A DNA stretch of 64,000 nt from Rhodobacterales bacterium (GTDB taxonomy: Bacteria > Pseudomonadota > Alphaproteobacteria > Rhodobacterales > Rhodobacteraceae), in the NCBI GenBank assembly GCA_002747325.1, contig PDOZ01000032.1, positions 6,962-70,961 on the forward strand, read 5' to 3'. Numbering within the stretch: the stretch's first letter is position 1; each line of letters starts with the position of its first letter. The notes under the pieces were generated by a model, which was not told the origin of the DNA, did not search any database, and saw only the letters and a program-made list of their open reading frames with translations. The translations under genes and the position numbers were made by a program. Shown here one piece after another: positions 43,123 to 52,962 of the stretch.

Positions 43123-44711
43123 TCGAGACCCGAAACCTCTCCATGACGATCCACGGCATCCCGGTGCTGCACGATGTCGACCTTACAATCGCGCCGGGCA
43201 AGATCACCGGGCTGGTGGGTGAAAGCGGTTCGGGCAAGTCGATGACCGCGCTGGCCATCATGGGGCTGGCGCCGCGCGGAGCGAAGATTTCCGGCGAAGT
43301 GCTGCTGGACGGGGAGGATCTGACCCAGCGCTCGGAAAAGGAGTATTGTGACCTGCGCGGCAACCGGATCGGCATGATTTTTCAGGAGCCGATGACGGCG
43401 CTCAATCCGGTGCAGCCGATTGGAAAACAGGTGGCGGAAACCCTGCTCGTGCATGGCAAGGCGGGCCGCGCGGAGGCGATGGAAATCGCGGCGCAAAAGC
43501 TGGCGCGCGTTGGGCTGCCGCCGGAGAAGGTGCCGCTAAGCCGCTATCCGCATGAACTGTCCGGCGGGCAACGCCAGCGTGTCGCCATCGCCATGGCCAT
43601 CGCCCTGCACCCGGAACTTCTGATCGCCGACGAGCCGACCACCGCGCTCGATGTCACGACGCAGGCGCAGATCCTCGACCTGTTGCGCGAACTGGTCGCC
43701 GAGGAGGGCATGTCGCTGCTGCTGATCACCCATGACCTCGCGGTGGTGGCGCAAATGGCCGATCATGTCGCGGTGATGCAGCGCGGCGAGATTGTCGAAC
43801 AGGCGCCGACCGAGACCCTGTTTTGCAACATGCAGCACCCTTACACACGCGCGTTGCTGGAAGCGTCGGGGCATCAACCCGCCGGGGTTGACGCGCCGCA
43901 AAAAGCGCCGCTGCTCTCAGTAGAAAACGCTGTGCGCGAATACCGCACCGCCCGCCCGACGCCCTTCTCTCCGCCGGGGCGCTTCCGCGCGGTTAACCAG
44001 GTTTCCTTCGAGATTGGCAGCGGCGAAAGCGTTGGGCTGGTAGGGGAAAGCGGCTGCGGCAAGTCGACCCTGACCCGCGCCCTGCTCGGGCTGGAAGCGG
44101 TGCAAAGCGGGCGCATCCGTTTTCGCGGCGAAGAGATGCGCCCTGGCGTCGATCCGGCGGTGCGGGCGGGAATCCAGGTGGTGTTTCAGGACCCCTACGG
44201 TTCCTTCAACCCGCGCTGGCAGGTCGGCAAACTGGTCTCCGAACCGTTTCACCTGCTGGCCCAGCGCCCGGCGGATTGGCGCGACCGGGTCGCGCAAGCC
44301 CTTGAAGAGGTTGGCATTTCCCCGGACGCCATCAATCGTTACCCGCATGAGTTTTCCGGCGGTCAACGCCAGCGCATCGCCATTGCCCGCGCCCTGATCC
44401 TGCGCCCGGACCTGATCATTCTCGATGAAGCGGTCTCCGCCCTCGACGTGTCGATCCGCGCGCAAATTCTTGACCTGTTGGCCGACCTGCGCGCCCGCCA
44501 TCACATGGCCTATCTGTTCATCTCACACGACCTTTCCGTCGTGCGCCGTGTCACCGACCGGGTGCTGGTCATGCGCGCGGGCGAGATTGTGGAGCGCGGC
44601 GAAACCGAGGCGGTGTTTACCAACCCGACCCACGAATACACGCAAAGCCTGATCGAGGCGACGCCGGAAATTCCGGCGGATTGGAGGAAAGATGCAAGAC
44701 CTGTGGTTTGA
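43119..44711 (+). CDS. Fused double ATP-binding-cassette protein (DppD/DppF-like)
   Basis: Two ABC modules with Walker A GESGSGKS and GESGCGKS and signatures LSGGQRQR and FSGGQRQR. Start at ATG 43119 (MIETRNL), which overlaps the previous stop (ATGA). Confidence 0.92.
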   Translation: MIETRNLSMTIHGIPVLHDVDLTIAPGKITGLVGESGSGKSMTALAIMGLAPRGAKISGEVLLDGEDLTQRSEKEYCDLRGNRIGMIFQEPMTALNPVQPIGKQVAETLLVHGKAGRAEAMEIAAQKLARVGLPPEKVPLSRYPHELSGGQRQRVAIAMAIALHPELLIADEPTTALDVTTQAQILDLLRELVAEEGMSLLLITHDLAVVAQMADHVAVMQRGEIVEQAPTETLFCNMQHPYTRALLEASGHQPAGVDAPQKAPLLSVENAVREYRTARPTPFSPPGRFRAVNQVSFEIGSGESVGLVGESGCGKSTLTRALLGLEAVQSGRIRFRGEEMRPGVDPAVRAGIQVVFQDPYGSFNPRWQVGKLVSEPFHLLAQRPADWRDRVAQALEEVGISPDAINRYPHEFSGGQRQRIAIARALILRPDLIILDEAVSALDVSIRAQILDLLADLRARHHMAYLFISHDLSVVRRVTDRVLVMRAGEIVERGETEAVFTNPTHEYTQSLIEATPEIPADWRKDARPVV

Positions 44712-46137
44712 CCCGTCGGAAGTGTTCATCGGCGGCGCATGGCGCGCGGCGCAGGGCGGCACCCTGCCGCTGGAAAACCCGTCCGATGGCCGCGAAATCG
44801 GCCGCATCGCGCGAGGCAATGCAGCAGATATTGACGCGGCGGTGCGCGCGGCGCAGGCGGCGATGGAGGGCGAATGGGGGCACATGACGGCGCTGGAACG
44901 CGGCCGCATCCTCGCGCGCATCGGGCAGTTGGTGACGGAGCGCGTTGAAGAGCTGGCGCGGCTGGAAGCGGCGGATGTTGGTAAACCGCTGACGCAGGCG
45001 CGCGCCGATGCGGTGGCCCTTGCGCGCTACCTTGAATTTTACGCCGGCGCGGCGGACAAAATCACCGGCGAGACCATCCCCTATCAGGCGGGCTACACCG
45101 TATTAACCCTGCGCGAGCCGCATGGCGTCACCGGGCACATCATCCCGTGGAATTACCCCATGCAGATCATCGGGCGTTCCATCGGCGCGGCGTTAACCAT
45201 GGGCAACGCCACGGTGCTGAAACCGGCAGAAGAAGCCTGCCTCACCGCACTGGCCTTCGCCCGGATCGCCGAGGAAGCGGGCCTGCCGCCGGGGGCGCTC
45301 AACGTGGTGCCCGGACGGGGGGCGGAAGCGGGCGCGGCCCTCGCGGCGCATCCCGGCATTAACCATATTTCCTTCACCGGATCGGTCGGCGTCGGCGCGC
45401 TGGTGCAACAGACGGCGGGGGCGAATGTGGTGCCGGTAACGCTGGAACTGGGCGGCAAATCCCCGCAGATCGTGTTCGACGATGCAAATCTCGACGCGGC
45501 CCTGCCCTTCCTCGTCGGCGCCTGCATTCAAAACGCGGGGCAGACCTGTTCCGCCTCTTCGCGCGTTCTGGTGCAGCGCGGGGTCTATGAGGAAATAAAG
45601 ACAAGGATGTCAGAGAGTTACGCAGGCATGGTCTCCGCCCCGGCCATGGCGGATGCCAATCTCGGCCCGCTGATTTCCGCCAAGCAAAAAGCCACGGTCG
45701 AAGCCTATCTGGACGCAGGCAAAGACCTGACCCTCGCCGCGCAGGGCAGCATCGCCCCGGACGCCCCCAATGGCGGCCATTACGTCCCCGCCACCCTGTT
45801 TGCCGACGTTCCGCCGGAGCATAAACTGGCGCAGGAAGAGATCTTCGGCCCGGTGCAAGTGTTAATCCCTTTCGACACGGAGGCGGACGCGCTGCGCATC
45901 GCCAATGGCACCGATTACGGCCTCGTCGCCGCCGTCTGGACCGAAAACGGCGCGCGGCAAATGCGCATGGCCCGCACCCTGCGCGCCGGGCAGGTCTTCG
46001 TTAACAATTACGGCGCGGGCGGCGGGGTTGAACTGCCCTTCGGCGGCACCGGAAAATCCGGCCACGGCCGCGAAAAAGGGTTTGAGGCGCTTTATGGCTT
46101 CTCGTCCCTGAAAACCATCGCCATTAACCACGGATAA
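44692..46137 (+). CDS. NAD(P)-dependent aldehyde dehydrogenase
   Basis: 481 aa with WNYPMQI, ELGGKSP and GQTCSASSR (catalytic Cys). Confidence 0.9.
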   Translation: MQDLWFDPSEVFIGGAWRAAQGGTLPLENPSDGREIGRIARGNAADIDAAVRAAQAAMEGEWGHMTALERGRILARIGQLVTERVEELARLEAADVGKPLTQARADAVALARYLEFYAGAADKITGETIPYQAGYTVLTLREPHGVTGHIIPWNYPMQIIGRSIGAALTMGNATVLKPAEEACLTALAFARIAEEAGLPPGALNVVPGRGAEAGAALAAHPGINHISFTGSVGVGALVQQTAGANVVPVTLELGGKSPQIVFDDANLDAALPFLVGACIQNAGQTCSASSRVLVQRGVYEEIKTRMSESYAGMVSAPAMADANLGPLISAKQKATVEAYLDAGKDLTLAAQGSIAPDAPNGGHYVPATLFADVPPEHKLAQEEIFGPVQVLIPFDTEADALRIANGTDYGLVAAVWTENGARQMRMARTLRAGQVFVNNYGAGGGVELPFGGTGKSGHGREKGFEALYGFSSLKTIAINHG

Positions 46138-46161
46138 CCCGGCTCGATTGGGAGGAAACGC

Positions 46162-46902
46162 ATGCGACTTACAGGAAAAACCGCCATCGTCACCGGCGCG
46201 GCTTCGGGCTTTGGCGCGGGGATTGCGCGCAAATTTGCCGCCGAGGGGGCGAAGGTCTGCGTGGCGGATATTAACCTTAACGCAGCGCAGGAAATTGCGC
46301 AGGAAATTGGCGGCATTGCGGTCGAGGTCGATGTGGCCAGCGCGGCTTCGGTCGCGGCGCTGGCGGACACCGCGTTGCCCGAACTGGGGGGGCTGGACAT
46401 TCTGGTGAACAATGCCGGGGTGACGCACCTTCCCGGCCCGATGGAAGAGATCAGCGAGGCGGATTTCGACCGGGTGTTAATGGTTAACACGAAATCGGTT
46501 TACCTCACCGCCCGCGCCTTCCTGCCCGCCCTGCGCGCCCGCGGGCAAGGCGCCATCCTCAACGTCGCCTCAACCGCGGGACTGTCGCCGCGCCCGCGTT
46601 TGAGCTGGTATAACGCCTCCAAAGGCTGGATGATCACCGCGACCAAATCCATGGCGGTGGAACTAGCCCCGGAGCAAATCCGGGTCAACGCCATCGCGCC
46701 GGTGGCCGGCGAAACCCCGCTGCTCAAGAGTTTCATGGGCGAGGACACGCCGGAAATCCGCGCCAAATTCCTCTCCACCATCCCCATCGGCCGTTTTTCC
46801 ACCCCCGAAGACATGGGCAACGCCGCCGCGTTCCTGTGTTCGGACGAGGCCAGCATGGTGACGGGCGTGGTGATGGAAGTCGATGGTGGGCGCTGTATCT
46901 AA
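46162..46902 (+). CDS. SDR family oxidoreductase
   Basis: TGAASGFGAGIA cofactor motif, NNAG, and the YNASKGW catalytic Tyr/Lys. Confidence 0.9.
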   Translation: MRLTGKTAIVTGAASGFGAGIARKFAAEGAKVCVADINLNAAQEIAQEIGGIAVEVDVASAASVAALADTALPELGGLDILVNNAGVTHLPGPMEEISEADFDRVLMVNTKSVYLTARAFLPALRARGQGAILNVASTAGLSPRPRLSWYNASKGWMITATKSMAVELAPEQIRVNAIAPVAGETPLLKSFMGEDTPEIRAKFLSTIPIGRFSTPEDMGNAAAFLCSDEASMVTGVVMEVDGGRCI

Positions 46903-46911
46903 GGAATTGAT

Positions 46912-47901
46912 ATGAAAGCAGGAAATCGCAATCTGATCACCGATGTTGCCGGGCTGAAAGTCGGCAATGCCTCCGATGAAACGATCAAGACCGGCGCCAC
47001 GGTGCTGATCGGGGACGCGCCCTTTACCGCCGCGCTGCACATCATGGGCGGCGCACCGGGCACGCGCGAGAGCGACCTGCTGGCGCCCGACAAGTTGGTG
47101 CAGGAGGTGGACGCGCTGGTGCTGTCGGGCGGCTCGGCCTTTGGCCTCGATGCGGCCTCCGGCGTGGCGGATGCGTTGCGCGCGGCGGGACGCGGATTTG
47201 AGGTTCTCGGCCAAAATGTGCCGATCGTGCCGGGAGCGATCTGCTTCGATCTGTTCAATGGCGGCGACAAGAACTGGAAAGAAAATCCGTATAAGCGCCT
47301 TGGGGCGGAGGCACTGGCGGCGGCGGCGGAGAGCTTCGACATCGGCAGCCACGGCGCGGGCACCGGCGCCACCCTGCCGGGGATAAAGGGCGGCTTGGGA
47401 TCGGCCTCGACCGTGCTGGAAAATGGCGTCACGGTCGGCGCGCTGGTCGTGGTGAACGCGGTCGGGTCTGTCACCGGGCCGGACGGGCGTTTCTTCGCCG
47501 CACCTTGGGAATTTGACAATGAATTTGGGGGTTTAGGGCCGGTTCAGGACTTCGACCCACAGGCCGAACCCATAACCAAATTCGGCCCGCGCGAGGCCAC
47601 CACCATCGCCATCATCGCCACCGATGCCGCCCTGACCCAAGCACAGGCCACCCGCCTCGCCACCGCCGCGCATGACGGCATGGCCCGCGCCATCGTGCCC
47701 AGCCACACCCCCTATGACGGCGACCTGATCTTCGCCGCCGCGACCGGCAAAAAGCCCCTGACCGACCCGGAACGCGACCCGCTTCTTCTCGGCCACGCCG
47801 CCGCGCTCACCCTGTCACGCGCCATTGCCCGCGGGGTGTATGCGGCCCGCCCCGCCCCCGGCGACCTCTTTCCCAGTTGGAACACTTGCGTTGCGCCCTA
47901 A
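46912..47901 (+). CDS. P1 family peptidase (DmpA/BapA-type, S58 aminopeptidase)
   Basis: NLITDVAGLKVGN...ALVLSGGSAFGLDAASGV... and GAGTGAT are characteristic of DmpA-like Ntn hydrolases. Confidence 0.82.
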   Translation: MKAGNRNLITDVAGLKVGNASDETIKTGATVLIGDAPFTAALHIMGGAPGTRESDLLAPDKLVQEVDALVLSGGSAFGLDAASGVADALRAAGRGFEVLGQNVPIVPGAICFDLFNGGDKNWKENPYKRLGAEALAAAAESFDIGSHGAGTGATLPGIKGGLGSASTVLENGVTVGALVVVNAVGSVTGPDGRFFAAPWEFDNEFGGLGPVQDFDPQAEPITKFGPREATTIAIIATDAALTQAQATRLATAAHDGMARAIVPSHTPYDGDLIFAAATGKKPLTDPERDPLLLGHAAALTLSRAIARGVYAARPAPGDLFPSWNTCVAP

Positions 47902-47940
47902 ACCGTGTCTCTACTACGGCAAAATCTCAAGGAGACTACC

Positions 47941-48492
47941 ATGAACCGTTTCGCCGCAATTATCGCCGCCGCACTGATCGCCACGCCCGCACTGGCCGAC
48001 GACGTTACCGACACGCTCGAAAGCGCGCTGGAAGCGTATCAGAGTGGCGACATTGCCGGGGCGCTCGACGAACTGGATTTCGCCAAGAGCCTGTTGCAGG
48101 AACTGAACGCCGATGCGCTGACCTCCTTCCTGCCCCCCGCGCCCAAGGGCTGGACCCGCGAGATCGTTGAGGGCGACGGGCCGGGCCTTGCGCTGCTCGG
48201 CGGTGGCGCCAGCGCGGAGGCAAAATACACCCGTGGCGACGATACGCTGACCGTGCAGATCATGGCCGATAATCCGCTGGTAACCACCATGTCCGGCATT
48301 TTGTCCAACGCCTCGATGCTGGGGCTGAAGGTCAAGCGCATCGGGCGGGAAAAATTCATGCTGAACGATGGCGAGCTGACCGGCCTGATCGACAAGCGCA
48401 TTCTTGTGACCGCGTCCGGCGGAACCATCGACGAAATGGCCGCCTTGCTTGAAGGGATCGACTTCAAAAAGCTGGCCGATTTCGGGAATTAA
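47941..48492 (+). CDS. Secreted hypothetical protein (183 aa)
   Basis: ATG 47941 is preceded by AAGGAG. Signal peptide MNRFAAIIAAALIATPALA. I recognise no family. Confidence 0.65.
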   Translation: MNRFAAIIAAALIATPALADDVTDTLESALEAYQSGDIAGALDELDFAKSLLQELNADALTSFLPPAPKGWTREIVEGDGPGLALLGGGASAEAKYTRGDDTLTVQIMADNPLVTTMSGILSNASMLGLKVKRIGREKFMLNDGELTGLIDKRILVTASGGTIDEMAALLEGIDFKKLADFGN

Positions 48493-49445
48493 CGCTTTTC
48501 GGCGCAGAAGGTGATGTCCGTTGGCCCGTAGGGGTAGCAACGGCGGGGACCGAGGGCGATGGGGGCGGTTTGCAGGCCGTTGATGGTCGGCTCCGGCCCG
48601 TCGCTCAGGTCAAAGACATGGCCGCCCTCCATGGCGTAGCGCGTTGGACAGCCGGGATCGGTGCAGGTCTGGATCACCCGGCACGGGCCCTGGCGCAACG
48701 CGCGGCCCGCTTTCAGCAGGACGCAGGTTGCGCTTTGCTCCGGCGTTGGGGCGCCGGTTTCGGGCGTGGCGGCATACTGCGCCAACGCCTCTTCGGACCA
48801 CGGCGCATCGGCAAAGCATAACATCTCGCCGCTATCCTCGGAGGTCACGCAGCCGTCCTTTTCCTCCGCCGCCGCCCCGTTCAGCGCGTGCCAGCCCGGC
48901 GCGGAATAAATCCCGTCCTCGCGCCCACTGGCCCAGACCACCTGCGTGATACATTCATTCTCGCCCTTGGTATTTTTCACGCAAGAGGCCGTGCGTGCGC
49001 AGGGGCCATGGTCGGCCAGCGCGCCTTCGATCACCATCAGGCAATGCCCCCGCTTGCCGCCCTGCGGCAGCGCGCGCGGCGTCGCGGCGGGCGTTGGCGC
49101 GGCGGCGCCCGGTGCGTAAAGGCAAATGCGTTCCTGATCGGCGCGGGTGCGAAAGCACTTGCCCGCCTCCGCTTCGATTTCATCCGCCGCCAGCCCGTTG
49201 ACCGCCCCGCTCGCCGGATCGACGGTAAACTTCGACCCGTTGCGCACCTCCACCCGCCAGATCGCCGCTTCCGGCCGGATCACGCAGGGCTGGTAAAAGT
49301 CCCAGCCGGGATGGGCCGGGTGACGGTATTCGCAGGTGGCCGAAACCGGCTGTTCGGGCGCGGTGGCCGGATCGAACGCGGGTAAATCCTGCGCGGCAAG
49401 CGGGGTGGCGATGAGGGCGGAGAGGATCAGGGACAGAATGCGCAT
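48489..49445 (-). CDS. Secreted Cys-rich protein built from three related modules
   Basis: Signal peptide MRILSLILSALIATPLAAQ. Three segments share the pattern xC-x13-15-PC...NG...C-x9-10-C and are joined by Pro/Ala/Thr linkers. 16 Cys in total. Confidence 0.7.
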   Translation of the reverse strand: MRILSLILSALIATPLAAQDLPAFDPATAPEQPVSATCEYRHPAHPGWDFYQPCVIRPEAAIWRVEVRNGSKFTVDPASGAVNGLAADEIEAEAGKCFRTRADQERICLYAPGAAAPTPAATPRALPQGGKRGHCLMVIEGALADHGPCARTASCVKNTKGENECITQVVWASGREDGIYSAPGWHALNGAAAEEKDGCVTSEDSGEMLCFADAPWSEEALAQYAATPETGAPTPEQSATCVLLKAGRALRQGPCRVIQTCTDPGCPTRYAMEGGHVFDLSDGPEPTINGLQTAPIALGPRRCYPYGPTDITFCAEKR

Positions 49446-49760
49446 GGCGGGAAAGTCTCGCTATGGGGCGGGTTTGTCAATTGTTATAACGTGACTATCA
49501 GCACCACGAATTTGCCCGGCGGCACCGCCGGGCTGCGCCTGCCTGCCCCCCGGCAAGCGCAAACAGTCTTTCAATACATTGATCGGTAACGAGTTGCTCA
49601 AAACCACATGCAAACGTCCACGATTGCGCAAGCGCCTACCCAGGCAGGCGCAGCCCTCCGCGACGAAACCAAATCGCATTATTTCAAAGCCCCAACGCGC
49701 TTGCATTTACCCCGCGATCAACGCACACCTAATCAAACCGACCATACACAGGAGCGAGAC

Positions 49761-51239
49761 ATGGCCACGCACGCAACCGATTTGGCAAAACTTCTGCAAG
49801 ACCCCAGCCTGTTGGCGACGAAAGCCTATGTTGCCGGGGAATGGATCGACGCGGATAGCGGCGCGACCTATCCCGTGCGCAACCCCGCGCGCGGCGATGT
49901 GATCTGCGAGGTGGCCGATCTTGGGCGCGAAGAGACCGCCCGCGCCATTGCCGCCGCCGCAGCCGCGCAGAAGGAGTGGCAGGCGCGCACCGCCAAGGAC
50001 CGCGCCGGGGTGCTGCGCCGCTGGTTCGATCTGATGATGCAAAATCAGGGCGACCTCGCCGCCATCCTGACCGCCGAAATGGGCAAGCCGCTGGCCGAGG
50101 CGATGGGCGAGATTGCCTATGGCGCGAGCTTCATCGAGTGGTTCGCGGAAGAGGGCAAACGCGTTTATGGCGAAACCATTCCGGGGCATCAGCCGGACAA
50201 ACGCCTGATGGTGATCCGCCAGCCGGTCGGCGTTGTCGGCTCCATCACGCCGTGGAATTTCCCCAACGCGATGATCACCCGCAAATGCGGTCCGGCGCTG
50301 GCAGCGGGTTGCGGCTTTGTCGCCAAACCAGCGGGCGAAACCCCGCTTTCGGCGCTGGCGCTGGCGGTGCTGGCGGAACGTGCGGGGCTTCCTGCCGGGC
50401 TGTTCAACGTCGTGCCTTCGTCGCGCTCGTCCGTCATCGGCAAGGAGTTCTCCGAAAACCCCACCGTGCGCAAAATCACCTTCACCGGCTCGACGGAAGT
50501 CGGGCGCATCCTGCTGCGGCAAGCGGCGGATCAGGTGAAGAAAGTGTCGATGGAGCTGGGCGGCAACGCGCCGTTCATCGTGTTTGATGACGCCGATCTG
50601 GACGCCGCGGTCGAGGGCGCCATCGCCTGCAAATTCCGCAATAACGGCCAGACCTGCGTCTGCGCCAACCGGATTTATGTGCAGGAAGGGGTCTATGACG
50701 CCTTCGCTGAAAAGCTGACCAAAGCGGTCGCGGCGCTGCCGGTGGGCGACGGGTTGGCGGAGGGCACGGCGCTCGGACCGCTGGTCTCGGAAGCGGCGGT
50801 TGCGAAGGTCGAAGAACACGTTGCCGACGCCAAAGCCAAAGGCGCGGAGGTGGTCCTCGGCGGGCAACGCCACGCGCTCGGCGGGTTGTTCTATGAGCCG
50901 ACCATCGTCACCGGCGCTACCTGCGAGATGGATTTCGCCACGGACGAGACCTTCGGCCCGCTGGCCCCGCTCTTCTCCTTCAAGGACGAAGCGGACGTGA
51001 TCCAACAGGCCAACGACACCATTTTCGGCCTCGCCTCCTATTTCTACGCCGCCAATCTCAGCCGGGTCTACCGCGTCGCGGAAGCACTGGAATATGGCAT
51101 CGTCGGGGTCAATACCGGCATCATCTCAACAGAAGTCGCCCCCTTCGGCGGGGTCAAACAATCCGGCACCGGCCGCGAAGGCTCGCGCCACGGCATCGAG
51201 GATTATCTGGAGATGAAATACATCTGCCTCAGCATCTGA
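49761..51239 (+). CDS. gabD: Succinate-semialdehyde dehydrogenase
   Basis: 492 aa with YVAGEWIDADSG, ITPWNFPNAMITRK, ELGGNAP and NNGQTCVCANR. Start at ATG 49761 after AGGAG. Confidence 0.86.
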   Translation: MATHATDLAKLLQDPSLLATKAYVAGEWIDADSGATYPVRNPARGDVICEVADLGREETARAIAAAAAAQKEWQARTAKDRAGVLRRWFDLMMQNQGDLAAILTAEMGKPLAEAMGEIAYGASFIEWFAEEGKRVYGETIPGHQPDKRLMVIRQPVGVVGSITPWNFPNAMITRKCGPALAAGCGFVAKPAGETPLSALALAVLAERAGLPAGLFNVVPSSRSSVIGKEFSENPTVRKITFTGSTEVGRILLRQAADQVKKVSMELGGNAPFIVFDDADLDAAVEGAIACKFRNNGQTCVCANRIYVQEGVYDAFAEKLTKAVAALPVGDGLAEGTALGPLVSEAAVAKVEEHVADAKAKGAEVVLGGQRHALGGLFYEPTIVTGATCEMDFATDETFGPLAPLFSFKDEADVIQQANDTIFGLASYFYAANLSRVYRVAEALEYGIVGVNTGIISTEVAPFGGVKQSGTGREGSRHGIEDYLEMKYICLSI

Positions 51240-51304
51240 CCGGCGCTTTTCCGCTTGACCCCACCGCCGCGCACCCCTACCCCTGTCGCGCTCCCTCGGG
51301 GGCA

Positions 51305-51435
51305 CATTCTCAGGGCGGGGCGAAATTCCCCACCGGCGGTATGGGGAAACCCGAGCCCGCGAGCGGCCCGCAAGGGTGTCAGCAGATCCGGTGAGAAGCC
51401 GGAGCCGACGGTTACAGTCCGGATGAAAGAGAATG
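51305..51435 (+). promoter_or_regulatory. FMN riboswitch (RFN element)
   Basis: CAUUCUCAGGGCGGGGCGAAAUUCCCCACCGGCGGUA...GAGCCCGCGAGCG...GUCAGCAGAUCCGGUGAGAAGCCGGAGCCGACGGUUACAGUCCGGAUGAAAGAGAAUG matches the conserved RFN core. P1 is closed by CATTCTC/GAGAATG. Confidence 0.9.
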
Positions 51436-51534
51436 GAGGGCAGGCCCGTGCGCCTGTCCATCCGATCTGCCTTGAGCGAACGCATAAGGTGCGTCGCCGC
51501 GTAACGCGATGCGCTCAGGAGAAAGGATGGACTT

Positions 51535-52392
51535 ATGTTTCGCTCACCACAATTAACCGGCGCCGCGCTGATGGTCGCCGCCGGGTTCTGCTTTGCGCTG
51601 GTCAATACGCTGGTGCAGGGTGCTACGATGGGGCGCGGCGCGGCTTCTACCGCCGTCACCTTCTGGCAATACCTCATTGCGCTGCTGCTGTATCTGCCTT
51701 GGACCTGGCGGCATCGCACCGCCGTTTTCGCCACCAAACACCCGTATCTGCAAGTTTTGCGCGTCGTGCTTGGCGCGATCGGGGTGCAGTTCTGGGCCTA
51801 TGGTCTGGCCCATGTCGAGATCTGGCAGGCCATCGCGCTGATCCTGCTGTCGCCCTTCTTTGTCACCATCGGCGCCTGGGCCGTCCTGCGCGAGAAAGTC
51901 ACACCCGCCCGCTGGCTCGCGGTGATCGTCGGCATGATTGGCGGGGCCATCATCCTTGAGCCGTGGTCGGAGAGCTTCACCCTCTATGCGTTGCTGCCGG
52001 TTACCGCCGCCGCCTTCTGGGCCGCGTCGTCGGTAGTCACCAAGCATCTGACGCATGAGGACACGCCCGAAACCATCACGATTTACCTGCTCCTGCTGCT
52101 GACCCCGATCAACGGCGTTCTGGGCGTCGGCACCGACATCGCCCTGCCGACCAACGCCATCTGGCTCGTTGCAGCGGCGGGTCTGGCTACCGCCGCCGCG
52201 CAACACGCGCTGGCGCGGGCCTATTCGCTGGCCGATGCCGCTTTCCTGCAACCGTTCGACCACCTGAAACTGGTGTTCAATGTCACGCTGGGCTTTGCGG
52301 TATTTGGCTTTGCGCCGAGCGGGTCGATGTGGCTCGGGGCGGCGATCATCATCGCGGCGTCCCTGACCCTGATGCGTCTGGAACGCGATTAA
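51535..52392 (+). CDS. EamA/DMT family transporter, probable riboflavin importer (RibN-like)
   Basis: 285-aa, 10-TM-type duplicated EamA protein located directly downstream of the FMN riboswitch. Confidence 0.75.
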   Translation: MFRSPQLTGAALMVAAGFCFALVNTLVQGATMGRGAASTAVTFWQYLIALLLYLPWTWRHRTAVFATKHPYLQVLRVVLGAIGVQFWAYGLAHVEIWQAIALILLSPFFVTIGAWAVLREKVTPARWLAVIVGMIGGAIILEPWSESFTLYALLPVTAAAFWAASSVVTKHLTHEDTPETITIYLLLLLTPINGVLGVGTDIALPTNAIWLVAAAGLATAAAQHALARAYSLADAAFLQPFDHLKLVFNVTLGFAVFGFAPSGSMWLGAAIIIAASLTLMRLERD

Positions 52393-52399
52393 GAAAGTA

Positions 52400-52422
52400 G
52401 GCCGGGGGAACGCCCCCCGGCC
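52400..52422. terminator. GC hairpin between convergent transporter and hsp20 genes
   Basis: GGCCGGGGG-AACGC-CCCCCGGCC. No U-tract, so terminator function is uncertain. Confidence 0.4.
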
Positions 52423-52429
52423 CAAGCAT

Positions 52430-52879
52430 TCAGGCTTCAATCGCCTTGGTATCCTTGCCGGACCCAATCTCGATACGGCGCGGTTTCAGTGCTTCCGGCA
52501 CTTCGCGGGCCAGATCGACATGCAGCATACCGTTCTCATGCGCAGCGCCAATCACGCGCACATGCTCGGCAAGCTGGAACCGGCGCTGGAACGCGCGGGT
52601 GGCGATGCCACGATGCAGGTAATTGCGCTCGCCTTCTTCGCCAGCCTTCTTGGCCGAAATGATCAACGCGCTCTCGCGGACCTCGACCTCCAACTCGCTT
52701 TCCGAAAACCCGGCCACGGCGACGGAGATCCGCCAAGCATCATCGCCGGTTTTCTCAATGTTATAAGGGGGATAGCTTTCGCGCGACGCGTCAGACGTAA
52801 AAGCGCGGTCCATCATCTCAGCAAGCTGATCGAAGCCGACCGTGGCGCGGTAAAGCGGGGAAAAATCAATGTTACGCAT
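52430..52879 (-). CDS. Small heat-shock protein (Hsp20/IbpA family)
   Basis: 149 aa with PPYNIEKTGDDAWRISVAVAGF...LHRGIATRAFQRRFQLAEHV...NGMLHVDL, an alpha-crystallin domain. Confidence 0.9.
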   Translation of the reverse strand: MRNIDFSPLYRATVGFDQLAEMMDRAFTSDASRESYPPYNIEKTGDDAWRISVAVAGFSESELEVEVRESALIISAKKAGEEGERNYLHRGIATRAFQRRFQLAEHVRVIGAAHENGMLHVDLAREVPEALKPRRIEIGSGKDTKAIEA

Positions 52880-52962
52880 GGGATAACCTCCGTTGAGCGT
52901 TTCCTGTGTTTGCCTTCCTGACGGACAGGCGGTTGCGGGCCCGAATACGGCGCCCTACAGAA

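Noticed and set aside
51255-51959. 234-aa + ORF starting in the gabD-transporter spacer
   Set aside because: It reads straight through the FMN riboswitch aptamer and is out of frame with the EamA transporter. The product is Arg/Pro-rich.
52880-52962. ROSE-type RNA thermometer in the hsp20 leader
   Set aside because: I could not find the characteristic final hairpin that pairs a U(U/C)GCU-type anti-SD, with its bulged G, to the Shine-Dalgarno. Only a short CCUG/CAGG hairpin is present.
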